Source: Candidatus Helarchaeota ASGARD archaeon Hel_GB_B
Lineage (GTDB): Archaea > Asgardarchaeota > Lokiarchaeia > Helarchaeales > HEL-GB-B
Direction of reading: 5' to 3'
DNA length: 30,481 nucleotides
NCBI GenBank assembly: GCA_005191425.1
Contig: SUPR01000037.1
Coordinates: 1 to 30,481, forward strand
Below are positions 15,820 through 25,884 of the stretch, piece after piece. Numbering within the stretch: position 1 is the first letter of the stretch; each line of letters begins with the position of its first letter. Under the pieces are notes generated by a model. The model saw only the letters and a program-made list of their open reading frames with translations. It was not told the DNA's origin and ran no database searches. Both the position numbers and the translations under genes were made by a program.

Positions 15820-16047
15820 GATACAAGATTTTCAGTTTAATATATTAAAAATTCTCCATTTAATTGGAATTTATTCAATAATTATATATCCAAATTGATT
15901 ATTACTATAATTAAAACATTTATATGCAATATATATGAAGAATATTATTGATTTTTGGGGTTGAAAAATGAAAAAAGACAAATTAAGGAAAATATTAAAC
16001 TTTTTCATTTAAAATCTTTATTAATCCACATTAGGAAATCATTTTTT

Positions 16048-16081
16048 AAATATTAAATCAAATATTAAATCAAATATTAAA
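16048..16081. repeat. Tandem repeat (AAATATTAAATC) x about 2.8
   Basis: Read directly, about 100 bp upstream of the 193-aa ORF. Confidence 0.85.
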
Positions 16082-16184
16082 AGAATTTTAGAACAAAAGT
16101 TAAAAAGTTGAAAAAATTTTTTTTAAATTTAATAACGAAAATAAATAAGTTTGCAAAAAAAGTATTTAGTTAATGATTTAAGAA

Positions 16185-16766
16185 TTGAGTAAAAGAAAAA
16201 TGCCGGAACAATTTGCGAAATTTATAATATCTATTGCGGAAAATACAAAATTTATCAGGTTAGATATGATACCCTTTTTTGAGGATTATATCAAGAAGCA
16301 CCCGACACCCTTAAAAAGGTTTAAGCGAGCATATAAAATATCAAGGTCAAAATCAAATTTGAAAATTGTAAAATCAAATGTCGCTGCTTATTTAATAAAG
16401 AAGGGTAATGATCTTTTTACTGATTGGTTAAATACTATGTTTTATTTCAGAAAAACTGATTTAAGTGTGGAAATAAAAGGAGGGGGGACTTCAATGGACG
16501 TAGTAATAAATATTAAATATATTTATAGAGAGGATGAAATAAAAGTTATGGAAAGAGTAATTAAAGATTATGAATTAAACAAAAATGACATAACAATAGA
16601 AGATATCTGTTTATTATTATTAAGTGAAGCTATATTGTGTATGCAGACTTTTTTTAATGAAATAATTGGTTATAAATTTTCATTAATGGTACAAAATGAT
16701 GAAGTAGAAGTGTCTAAAAATAAAATTAATACTTATATAGAATTAGTAACTAGGTTATATTCGTAA
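16185..16766 (+). CDS. Hypothetical protein (193 aa)
   Basis: Long open frame with protein-like composition; start is TTG 16185 or ATG 16200; no motif recognised. Confidence 0.75.
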   Translation: MSKRKMPEQFAKFIISIAENTKFIRLDMIPFFEDYIKKHPTPLKRFKRAYKISRSKSNLKIVKSNVAAYLIKKGNDLFTDWLNTMFYFRKTDLSVEIKGGGTSMDVVINIKYIYREDEIKVMERVIKDYELNKNDITIEDICLLLLSEAILCMQTFFNEIIGYKFSLMVQNDEVEVSKNKINTYIELVTRLYS

Positions 16767-16803
16767 AAATTAAGTTTTAAAAAGGAATGGGAATTAAAAT
16801 TTG

Positions 16804-18579
16804 TCATATTTTCAGTGCATCATAGACCATTCTTTCTATTTTAAGACGTGTGGCTGATTTAATTTTTGAGAGATATTCATCACTTAAATGTAAGAAAAGA
16901 CAGTAAGCATATTCTTTTTCTGAAATACCAAGTAAAGGCAGATTAATATTATGCGATGCTTGGTCAAGAACAAAGTTTACAAGAGTCGATAAATTTTTTG
17001 ATGCCAAACTATCTCTTAAAATCCTTTTGAAATCTTTTCTAAATACATTATCAAGTGCATCTGATCTTGCCATTCCCCGGATTTTTTCGGAGCATTTTAA
17101 GGAACACGAGTCGCAATTTACAAATGGGTGTAATTCTAATTTTTTAATTAATTTTTTTGTTTGTTCAGTATCAATATAATCTTTTATCCGTTCAAATTCC
17201 ATAATTGCTTTTTCATAGTATTCCCGAGCTTTTGAAAATTTACCTCTATCATAGAAAGCAAGTCCAATCCTTTTAAGGCAATCAGCAGCCCCTCTCTCAT
17301 CACCAATTTGTTTTCTTATTCTTAATGCCTGTTCAAAGCAGCTCATAGCTTCCCCGATACGATTTACAGCTACTAATGTTTCTCCTAATCTTATAAGTCC
17401 ATTTGACTCTCCTATTGTATCGTTCATTAATTTGATTGAACTTAACGAATCTCTCTGATACTTTACTGCCTCTTCAAATCTACCTAGTCCTATTAATGTT
17501 TTTGAAATTGATGTTAAAATGTTAGACTCTTCCATTTCATCTGCGAATAATTCGACTTCTTGGTCTGCTTTAATTTGATTAATAATATTAAGTACATGAG
17601 TAAAATATTCAAGTGCTTGTTCGAATTCTCCTAATTCGTAATAATTTTTTGCCATAGATATTAAGCAAGAAGTAATTAAAGGGTTATTTTTTTGTTCTTG
17701 AATCAAGACATATGCTTCTTTATAATATTGAAGTGCATCTTTATTGTTTCCCATTGCAGTATGTACGGCGCCTAAATTTAAAAGTATTTTAACTTTCATT
17801 ATTGCATCGCCAATTTCTTCATTTACTTTTAACGCTTTTTCATAGTATTCAACTGCCTCGTCAAATTTACCTGCACCGGAGAGTATCATACCTATAATGT
17901 AATTATTGAGTATTTTCTCAAGTACTGATTGTTCTTTTAATAAAAAAGCGAACGTAATCACAGGATAAAGTCTGGAATTTGGTGTTGCTGCTTCAATAAT
18001 TGGCCTTTTTTCAATATCTCCTGGGTCCAATAACAATAGGTTTTTCTCAGTTCTAAAATAATCAATTTCACTGTGTAAAAAAATCAAAATTTGAGAATAT
18101 CCTTCATTCAATGAGAATTCAATACTATTTGGACTATAGTTAATATTGATTGATGTTAGAAATTTGGCTTTAATATTATTTTCAAAAGTTATATCGTCCT
18201 TACTTCTTGTATAATTTGTTTTAATTACCCATTTAAATTGGCGAGGCATGTAATAATTTATTCTTATAGCACAACTACCAGGATTTCTCCCTTGGATTAC
18301 TTCAAATCGTCGTTTACCAGAGCTTAAATCTTGCTTTAAAATTTTCAATGGAAGTCCGATATTCAATTCAAAAGGACTTTGAACAAATATGGAATCATTT
18401 CTATCTGGAAGTAATTCATATACCGTAGCTGGATAAAAATCAATTTTTCTACTTACCGACCTAATTTCTTCATCAATTATTAGCCGCTTCTTAAATAGCT
18501 CATCTCTAATCTCTGTAATTTTTCCGATATTATCATCGAAAATCAATGATATTCCAAAATCCGGCTCTCCAATAATCAT
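16804..18579 (-). CDS. Tetratricopeptide repeat protein with unknown N-terminal domain and a C-terminal CxxCxxxC motif
   Basis: About six TPR units (e.g. AGKFDEAVEYYEKALKVNEEIGD, LGEFEQALEYF, RGKFSKAREYYEKA); VNCDSCSLKC near the C-terminus. Confidence 0.88.
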   Translation of the reverse strand: MIIGEPDFGISLIFDDNIGKITEIRDELFKKRLIIDEEIRSVSRKIDFYPATVYELLPDRNDSIFVQSPFELNIGLPLKILKQDLSSGKRRFEVIQGRNPGSCAIRINYYMPRQFKWVIKTNYTRSKDDITFENNIKAKFLTSININYSPNSIEFSLNEGYSQILIFLHSEIDYFRTEKNLLLLDPGDIEKRPIIEAATPNSRLYPVITFAFLLKEQSVLEKILNNYIIGMILSGAGKFDEAVEYYEKALKVNEEIGDAIMKVKILLNLGAVHTAMGNNKDALQYYKEAYVLIQEQKNNPLITSCLISMAKNYYELGEFEQALEYFTHVLNIINQIKADQEVELFADEMEESNILTSISKTLIGLGRFEEAVKYQRDSLSSIKLMNDTIGESNGLIRLGETLVAVNRIGEAMSCFEQALRIRKQIGDERGAADCLKRIGLAFYDRGKFSKAREYYEKAIMEFERIKDYIDTEQTKKLIKKLELHPFVNCDSCSLKCSEKIRGMARSDALDNVFRKDFKRILRDSLASKNLSTLVNFVLDQASHNINLPLLGISEKEYAYCLFLHLSDEYLSKIKSATRLKIERMVYDALKI

Positions 18580-18730
18580 AAGGTACCACTAATCAATTAT
18601 TATTTAATAAATCCTTATTTAATATTTGATTTTTTATTAATGATATTTAATCAAATTTATTAATATAGTGTAGATTCAAAACATAATAAAATCATTTTAA
18701 ATAATTATATTCTTTTCTAATTGAACGATT

Positions 18731-19687
18731 ATGAATTCAACATATTCAATAGATGATCTTTTAAATTGTATTCAAATGGCTATTTTGCTAGAAGTTAGTG
18801 GATATCCCAAACCGGGAAATGTACATAGGACAAGAGACTTCAATTTTACTCGATATGAACATTTTCTTGTTGGTGGGGTAGTAATAAGAAGTGCTTTTCA
18901 ATCATTATGTGAAAATACGGTAAATGTTATAAAAAATAATAAAAAATATAGCAAATTAAGTCTAGGACAATATATTTTACAAGCAATAATTGAAACGAAG
19001 AAATGGCAAAATGGGGGTAATATTAATTTAGGTATAATATTATTGCTTGTTCCATTATGCGCAGCATCTTGTGTATTAATAAATAAATCAATCAATAAGC
19101 CAAATGATTTTAATTTTTTAAGAGATGAAGTAGATAAAATCTTAAAAAGTTCTACTTATAAGGACACAATCAATTTGTATAAAGCAATTAAAATTGCTAA
19201 CCCTGGTGGTATGGGTAATGTGGAAAAATATGATATCAATAACGAAAATTCTTTAAAATTAATAAAAAAAGACAATATTAATTTATATGACATTTTTAAT
19301 CAATCTAAGGAATGGGATTCAATCGCTATGGAGCTGGTTTCAAAATATCGAATTACTTTTGATATTGGTCTTCCTTATTTCATAGAGACATTCCAGAAAT
19401 GTCATGATATAAACATAGCTATAGTAAATACATTTCTTAAAATAGTATCTGAAATACCTGATTCTTTAATAATAAGACAATATGGTAAAAAAATTGCAAA
19501 TGAATATAGTGGGAAAGCTTTAGAGTTAATTTCTAAAGGTGGACTTTTAAATCCCTCTATTAAAAATAAATTATTCAAATGGGATCGGTCAATAATAAGG
19601 ACCAATTTAAAAATAAACCCTGGTACTACTGCTGATCTTACTGTTTCTACGATTTTTGTTTCTCTATTGTCTGGTATAAGATTTTAA
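18731..19687 (+). CDS. citG: Triphosphoribosyl-dephospho-CoA synthase (CitG family, archaeal type)
   Basis: LLEVSGYPKPGNVHR, NINLGIILLLVPL and INPGTTADL motifs typical of the CitG family. Confidence 0.88.
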   Translation: MNSTYSIDDLLNCIQMAILLEVSGYPKPGNVHRTRDFNFTRYEHFLVGGVVIRSAFQSLCENTVNVIKNNKKYSKLSLGQYILQAIIETKKWQNGGNINLGIILLLVPLCAASCVLINKSINKPNDFNFLRDEVDKILKSSTYKDTINLYKAIKIANPGGMGNVEKYDINNENSLKLIKKDNINLYDIFNQSKEWDSIAMELVSKYRITFDIGLPYFIETFQKCHDINIAIVNTFLKIVSEIPDSLIIRQYGKKIANEYSGKALELISKGGLLNPSIKNKLFKWDRSIIRTNLKINPGTTADLTVSTIFVSLLSGIRF

Positions 19688-19817
19688 AAAATTGCTTAAA
19701 ATTTATTTTCTAATGAAATTTTTGATATTTTATTATGATTTGATATTTAATTTAAAGCGAAACCAGTTTTATTAAAAAAATAAGAAAAAAAAATAAGAAT
19801 ACTTTTTAAAAAATAGT

Positions 19818-21701
19818 TCAGATTTTGATTTTAATGAATCGTTTTCTAATCAGTATTACGGCCAATGAAACTAATGCTAAACCCGGTAAGACATATACCC
19901 ATTCAAACCCAGGAATTCGGATATTAGGTGTTATTGTTCCGAACATTGAGAATTCTGGGTCATGGACAATTTTTGAACCATTGAAATCTGGATATGTTAT
20001 TATATATGCTCCAATTGAACGAGTAAAATTAGTATTAATAGACCAATCAGCTGTAACATTTCCTACTTGTTGGTTCATCAATTCCCCGGTTTCTTTATAT
20101 CTACTAGCATACATTGCATATGGAATTACTGCACCGTTTGCTTTATAGATTGGTGGGCCATCATTTATTGAATAATTTTCGCCTGCTAAATCCAAACCAG
20201 CTACTTTAGATGTCCCTACAAAGAAATTTAATGTTTCAGTTTTAGACGATGTTTTAGTCATAGTGTATGAATTAGCAGGGCCTTGTGGCGTATACATAGA
20301 TGAATTTATTGCAGGCGTATGTCTATTGAATGTACTCTGAGATTTCAATTCAAATACATCAGTAGCATAAAGGACAGCTAAGTCTAATTTTGCATATTTT
20401 CCTTGTAGACCCGAACTACCATTAAATTGGCCTATCGTATGGTCTAGTTTTAATATAGCCTTAATATTTTTTGTATTACCCACTTGGCTGGACTCTGGTT
20501 TAAAGGTAAAACCAAATGATGTATCTCCTACTGGAATTTCAGTTGTATTTAAGATAACGCCCTCTTCAGATGAGACACCCCACGGATTTAATCTAACAGT
20601 GGGATTAACTAATGTGGCATTCCATTTTAATGTCTTCGCAGTTTCATCAATAATTGGTGCCGAGAAAATACAATTTGTAGCATCGACCAATTCAAGTGAA
20701 AATTTAGATTCATCAACAACTGGATAATAATGCTCTTTAGAGCTGTCCCATTCAAAATTTACGTCCATTAGACCGTTGTTATTTGAATCATTATAAAGTG
20801 CCACACCCATTAATCTATGAGCAGCTAGGACGAGGTCAAAGTCATAGGTAAATGACGGTGGAAATATCTTAAAGCCCCAAAATATTTTTTTAGCCCAAAA
20901 TTCTGTAATCAAAAAGAAAAAATTTGCATTAGAACCGTTTATTGTTTGAACCCCACTACTATTAATTAATGGCGCCAAACTTGGGTCTTCTTGAACTTTT
21001 TGGGAAATTGCAGTTTTTACATCTGCTGGGAGGTCATTATAAGCATATTTCGGGTCATTATATGGGCCATCATCGTCAGCATCGATGATATAATTATTTG
21101 TTAGATTATAAGTTAAATCTATGTCATATTTCCAAAATATTACGGGGACTACAATGAGCATTTCATCTCCAGTAAGAATTGTATCAATATGCAACAGAGC
21201 ATTCCACATCATGTTATTCGCAGCATCGGTGTCATTATGTGCAGTCGCATTATTTACTGCCGATAGAAAATTAATGAATGATTTATCGTCATCCCATAGT
21301 ATTGTGAGAATACTAATATTTTGAAAGAAATCAATGTTTAAATTCGAAATATTCAAGCTACTTTCCAGATATACTTTTTTATCCGAAGAAGTAGTCACTC
21401 CAGTATAGACCATACCATAGAAATAGGTACTAGGTTCGAAAAATGCGTAATTATCGCTATGGGTTTGGTAGAAATACGCCGTAGTATTACCGAAAATCAA
21501 ATTTGAGCTAAAATTAGCCCTTGTATCATTGTCAAAAATACTTCCAAGTAAAGTTCCTAAAAAGTTGACCCTATCTGTATCACCTATTTCAGGTGTCGCT
21601 GGTGGTGCATCTGCTCTAACAATTGGCATTGGTAGTGCAAAAAACATCCCTGAAATTACTGTAATAGCTAATATTAATCCTATTAAATATTTATTTTTCA
21701 T
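19818..21701 (-). CDS. Secreted, C-terminally anchored cell-surface glycoprotein (PGF-CTERM-like)
   Basis: N-terminal signal peptide (MKNKYLIGLILAITVISGMFFALP..VRA); C-terminal IPGF + hydrophobic helix + RKR; about 19 N-x-S/T sequons counted by hand. Confidence 0.85.
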   Translation of the reverse strand: MKNKYLIGLILAITVISGMFFALPMPIVRADAPPATPEIGDTDRVNFLGTLLGSIFDNDTRANFSSNLIFGNTTAYFYQTHSDNYAFFEPSTYFYGMVYTGVTTSSDKKVYLESSLNISNLNIDFFQNISILTILWDDDKSFINFLSAVNNATAHNDTDAANNMMWNALLHIDTILTGDEMLIVVPVIFWKYDIDLTYNLTNNYIIDADDDGPYNDPKYAYNDLPADVKTAISQKVQEDPSLAPLINSSGVQTINGSNANFFFLITEFWAKKIFWGFKIFPPSFTYDFDLVLAAHRLMGVALYNDSNNNGLMDVNFEWDSSKEHYYPVVDESKFSLELVDATNCIFSAPIIDETAKTLKWNATLVNPTVRLNPWGVSSEEGVILNTTEIPVGDTSFGFTFKPESSQVGNTKNIKAILKLDHTIGQFNGSSGLQGKYAKLDLAVLYATDVFELKSQSTFNRHTPAINSSMYTPQGPANSYTMTKTSSKTETLNFFVGTSKVAGLDLAGENYSINDGPPIYKANGAVIPYAMYASRYKETGELMNQQVGNVTADWSINTNFTRSIGAYIITYPDFNGSKIVHDPEFSMFGTITPNIRIPGFEWVYVLPGLALVSLAVILIRKRFIKIKI

Positions 21702-21830
21702 ATGAAAACCTTTTTTTAATTAAAAATTATAATTAAGAGTAAATATATGATATATTTCTTAATTAGACCTTAAATACCTATGGAATTGTTATAATTAAAA
21801 AAAAGAGATATATAATGGTTATTTAATTTA

Positions 21831-23162
21831 TTAAGATGATATAATCAAATTTTTACAGACAATATAGGGTATTAATGTATTTTCTTCAAAATTACGCTCT
21901 ATAGAAATAAATTCAATGTTCTTGATCATATCAAATACATTTCCACTTAAATTTCCACCTTTTATTGGGGTAGAAATTTCACCATTTTTTATAATATAAC
22001 CATTCCTTATTTCCGCTCCGAAATCGCCAGTAATCCTATTAGGATTTAACCATGAGAACTCTTCTACAATAACTCCTGATTTTATTTGAGATATTATGTC
22101 TGATAATTTAGTATTACCTGGAGATATCTCTAGATTAGTAAAGTCATTTTCTATTGTTCCGTTAGACGACCGAATACCATTTCCGGTACTCTTTTTATTA
22201 AGTATTTGCGCATGTTTTAAATCATAAATTCTTGATATAAAAACTCCATTTTCTATTATTTTGGTAAGACGTTGGGGAGTACCTTCTCCGTCCCATGGGT
22301 GGGTTCTTAGTCCACCTGTTAAAATACCGTTATCTGTCAAATTAAATTCTTTAGAAGCAATTTGATCACCAATTTTAATTTTTGAAATTTTTTCAACTTT
22401 GGACTTTCCTGTAATGTGGAAACCAATTGTATTTGTAAATGCATCTTTAAGGACTATTGGTGGAAATAATACTGTTGCAGATTTTTGTAATTGCGGACGC
22501 TTGGCTACTAATGTATCTTTTGCAATTTTTGCCCATTTTGGAATTCTATTTTCCAAATCTAACTGGTCAGAATTTTTAAAATAACTTTTAGCCCAATACT
22601 CTGCTAAATTATTTGTTGATTCTGCTTTTAATGCATATTCAATAAATAAATAGGTTGATTTTGAATCTAATTCAAGCCCTAAATAGTTGACTAATTTTTT
22701 GTCATTAATATATGCCCTTAATTTACCAAAAGTTGGAATTACACCTTTATATCTTGAGATTATATTTGTTAATTTTTCAGAGATATCTTGAATAAAATCA
22801 AAAGGATTGGAAATTATCTTGTTTTCTGCAATATCTAATGTTGGATATTTTGAACCTGGAGATATTAAATCATATTTTATACTTGAATTTAAATTCGCCA
22901 TTTTAATTGCGGAATTTATAGTTTCATTAATAATTTTTTCATCTAATGTTGAACCTTGAACAACACCAATTCCCATTTTATCATTTTTATCAACAAAAAT
23001 TCTTAAGAAATAATTAAGTATCTCATAATCCCGGGTAATTTCAAGGTCGAACCCTCTAAATTGGTTTTCAATAGTAAATGTTTTGGTCAATAATAATTCC
23101 CATTTTTCTACATTCAGTTTTTTTAATTGTTTTTCAATTAAATTTTTAGCTTCTTCAATCAT
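21831..23162 (-). CDS. pmbA: TldE/PmbA family protein
   Basis: PWDGEGTP, NPITGDF-like WLNPNRITGDFG, IENG-type motifs and LSGNVFDMIKNI; lacks HExxxH; ATGA overlap with the upstream tldD. Confidence 0.9.
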   Translation of the reverse strand: MIEEAKNLIEKQLKKLNVEKWELLLTKTFTIENQFRGFDLEITRDYEILNYFLRIFVDKNDKMGIGVVQGSTLDEKIINETINSAIKMANLNSSIKYDLISPGSKYPTLDIAENKIISNPFDFIQDISEKLTNIISRYKGVIPTFGKLRAYINDKKLVNYLGLELDSKSTYLFIEYALKAESTNNLAEYWAKSYFKNSDQLDLENRIPKWAKIAKDTLVAKRPQLQKSATVLFPPIVLKDAFTNTIGFHITGKSKVEKISKIKIGDQIASKEFNLTDNGILTGGLRTHPWDGEGTPQRLTKIIENGVFISRIYDLKHAQILNKKSTGNGIRSSNGTIENDFTNLEISPGNTKLSDIISQIKSGVIVEEFSWLNPNRITGDFGAEIRNGYIIKNGEISTPIKGGNLSGNVFDMIKNIEFISIERNFEENTLIPYIVCKNLIISS

Positions 23163-24559
23163 CCTGGCCCCACCACCGCTTCCTTAACTTTAATATATAC
23201 TCCTCCACTTGTTACCGGGACATAGTCCTCATATCCTTTCCCACATGTCCCTCCACGTAACTCAATAGGTCCCTTTGAAACTGCATCTATAGATTTTAAT
23301 AGGTTTAAAACTGGACCACTTAAAGTTATTGCTTTTAATATCTGAGATTTCTCTCCGTTTTTTATCATATATCCTTTCTTGGAGGTTACCTGCATACCCC
23401 CTCCTAATGGGTCTTCCATTCCGAAAAAACCTTTTTCAAGGATTATACCATTATTTAACTCATGAATCATTTCGTCAAGCTTCCAATCTTTGGGCTCAAA
23501 AAATGTATTAGTCATCCGTACAAATAATTTAAAATTATATGCTTCTCTCCTTCCATTTCCTCGGGGCTTCATGTTTAATGCAGATGCTGTATATCTGTCA
23601 TGTAAAAAATTTATTAAAATCCCATCTTTAACAAGTATCGATTTTTCAGATTTAATTCCATCATCATCAAAAAAGAATGAACCTCTAGCACGCTTTTCCA
23701 CCGGCGAATCACTTATATTGACTAATTCGCTAGCAACCTGCTTATTATATAATTTTTCAAGATATGACCTTTTTCTAATTACTTGGTCTGCTTCTAGGCC
23801 ATGCCCAAATGATTCATGTGCTACAAGTCCCGCCATATCTGGGTCTAATATAACTGAGAATTTACCTGAAGGTGGTTGTTTAGCATTTAAAAGTTCGATT
23901 GAATCATTAACTACTCCTCGCAATTCTTCCTCTGTTAAATTTTCAATTAATTCAAACCCATATTGCCCTGATTTTGTAAAATAGTCAAAATCAACGACAT
24001 TTCCTTCTTTTACTATTGGTTGAATAAAAATTCTTATCTGTGGATATTTTTGATATAATTCGCAACCTTCATTATTTACAAAAACTTTTTCAATTATTGA
24101 ATCACCATATGAAACTATTGGATTAATTATCCTTTTGTCCATATTTGCAATTTTATTTTGAATTTCAGCAATTTTATTATATTTATATTCAATGTCAATA
24201 CTATCTAACGGTATTTCTCCTAAAATCTCTTTATCACAAGTCCAAGCCCCAAAATTTTTAAGTTCAATGGAATTTCCTTTTTCTATTGGGAATTTAACTA
24301 TTTTTTCAATAATGCTCCTAAGTTTATCTAATGACTGCGTGGCAATTTCTCGCCAGATACCCTTTTTATAGCATCTCACTACAAACCCTGCATTTTCAGG
24401 ATGATATATTAGTTTTTCGTCCGTCAGAGTTTTTAAAATACCAGTTGATCTCTCGAATGTATACAAAATATCTATATACATCTCTTTCCTATTGATACCT
24501 TTTACTAAATCTGACAGATCTGTGATTAAGTTTTCTTTACTGGTATTCACATCCATCAT
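23159..24559 (-). CDS. tldD: TldD family metalloprotease
   Basis: AHESFGHGLEAD (HExxxH), FFDDDG, GNGRR, RMTNTF and GTCGKG..VPV motifs. Confidence 0.93.
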   Translation of the reverse strand: MMDVNTSKENLITDLSDLVKGINRKEMYIDILYTFERSTGILKTLTDEKLIYHPENAGFVVRCYKKGIWREIATQSLDKLRSIIEKIVKFPIEKGNSIELKNFGAWTCDKEILGEIPLDSIDIEYKYNKIAEIQNKIANMDKRIINPIVSYGDSIIEKVFVNNEGCELYQKYPQIRIFIQPIVKEGNVVDFDYFTKSGQYGFELIENLTEEELRGVVNDSIELLNAKQPPSGKFSVILDPDMAGLVAHESFGHGLEADQVIRKRSYLEKLYNKQVASELVNISDSPVEKRARGSFFFDDDGIKSEKSILVKDGILINFLHDRYTASALNMKPRGNGRREAYNFKLFVRMTNTFFEPKDWKLDEMIHELNNGIILEKGFFGMEDPLGGGMQVTSKKGYMIKNGEKSQILKAITLSGPVLNLLKSIDAVSKGPIELRGGTCGKGYEDYVPVTSGGVYIKVKEAVVGPG

Positions 24560-24832
24560 TTCCTTTAAACGAATTATTTGTTTGGTATTAAATAATTAAC
24601 AATTAGACAATTTAATCTTTTTATATAATCCGTTCTATTTTAGTTATTAAAAGTAAAAAATTAATGAAATGAATATTAAAGAAATGTTGCTATAAAATCT
24701 ATTTAAATAATTGATTAATTTTAAATTAAATAATTATAAAATAATCAAATTTCTTATCTAATGTTCCTATTAACTGTATTTTTATATTTTCCAGTTTAAA
24801 TGGTAGCTTTATTAGTTTTATTTCATTTTCAT

Positions 24833-25597
24833 TCAATGTATTTTTGAATTTTTAAATCCCCAATAAATAAAAAGTGGAGACATAATCCAAATAATATGTC
24901 CAATTGGACCTGTAATTAATTGATATTCTTGTCCTGAAATTAATATTCCAATAATTACAAAATAAAGGACTCCTATTGCTGTTGTAGCCGATCCAAATAT
25001 AAAATACAATATTTTACGTTTATCGATTTTATCTTTATTTATGTCCTTATAAACTCTTGCATGCTCATAAATTGCAAAAAAGTAAAGTGTGAGTTCAATC
25101 AAAATAAAAATAAAACTCATCATCGTATAATTAGTCTTAACTACATCTGGGATTACACTAGTATCTTTTATTATAGTATCAAATGCGTCCATGACTAATG
25201 TAATACTTGCAATTAACAAGATAATTGTTATTATGTATTTTTTCTCTTTTGCTTTTGAAGCACCATATCTAATTATAATACTTGCATAAAGATACCCAAA
25301 AGCCATAATTGCTGCCCCAAATATTTGTATATCTCTGAGAATATTTGCTATAAGTGGAACTGTCATCATTTCCCCATGAATACTAATTTCTCCCAAACTC
25401 CATGGCTCAATATGTCCTATTGGAAAAATTAGTAGATCGCATAATGCATAGACCGTCCAGCCAATCAATGAAACCGAATAAATTTTATTTAAGAAATAAT
25501 TTTGCTTTTTATAAATTATTATTGAGCAAATTAAATAGATTCCTATCTCAAATCCTCTTGGAATTCCCATAAACATGTCTATCATTAATGTTCCCAT
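24833..25597 (-). CDS. Seven-transmembrane protein without a cytoplasmic output domain (HisKA_7TM-like sensor architecture)
   Basis: Seven hydrophobic segments separated by short basic loops (YKKQN, KAKEKK, DKRK); ends about 6 residues after the last helix. The family call is an inference. Confidence 0.65.
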   Translation of the reverse strand: MGTLMIDMFMGIPRGFEIGIYLICSIIIYKKQNYFLNKIYSVSLIGWTVYALCDLLIFPIGHIEPWSLGEISIHGEMMTVPLIANILRDIQIFGAAIMAFGYLYASIIIRYGASKAKEKKYIITIILLIASITLVMDAFDTIIKDTSVIPDVVKTNYTMMSFIFILIELTLYFFAIYEHARVYKDINKDKIDKRKILYFIFGSATTAIGVLYFVIIGILISGQEYQLITGPIGHIIWIMSPLFIYWGFKNSKIH

Positions 25598-25649
25598 AGT
25601 TATTCGATCTCTTAAAATTCTTTTTGAAATTACAATGTACTGAGTTTTT

Positions 25650-25673
25650 AAATTTACTTTAAAATTTACTTTA
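25650..25673. repeat. Tandem duplication (AAATTTACTTTA) x2
   Basis: Read directly in the divergent promoter region between the 7TM gene and serS. Confidence 0.8.
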
Positions 25674-25884
25674 ATATATTTAAATGTTGATTAAAAATTT
25701 TGAAAAATAAATGCAAAAATCAAAAAGTTTTTAATAATCCATATCATTACTTCATTCACTAAATTTATATTTATTAATATTTGAATTACATTTTTAATCA
25801 ACTAAAGTATACTAAATATAAATCATATTATATTATAATCCTAACAAATTATAATGAATTATCAACGAATTTGAATGAAATCAA

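Noticed and set aside
24833-25597. Rhodopsin call for the 7TM protein
   Set aside because: No Lys within TM7 and no rhodopsin motifs.
441-25673. Short intergenic tandem repeats (441-470, 16048-16081, 25650-25673) as a CRISPR array or shared repeat family
   Set aside because: Units are 10-12 bp, contiguous without spacers and unrelated to each other; consistent with local slippage.
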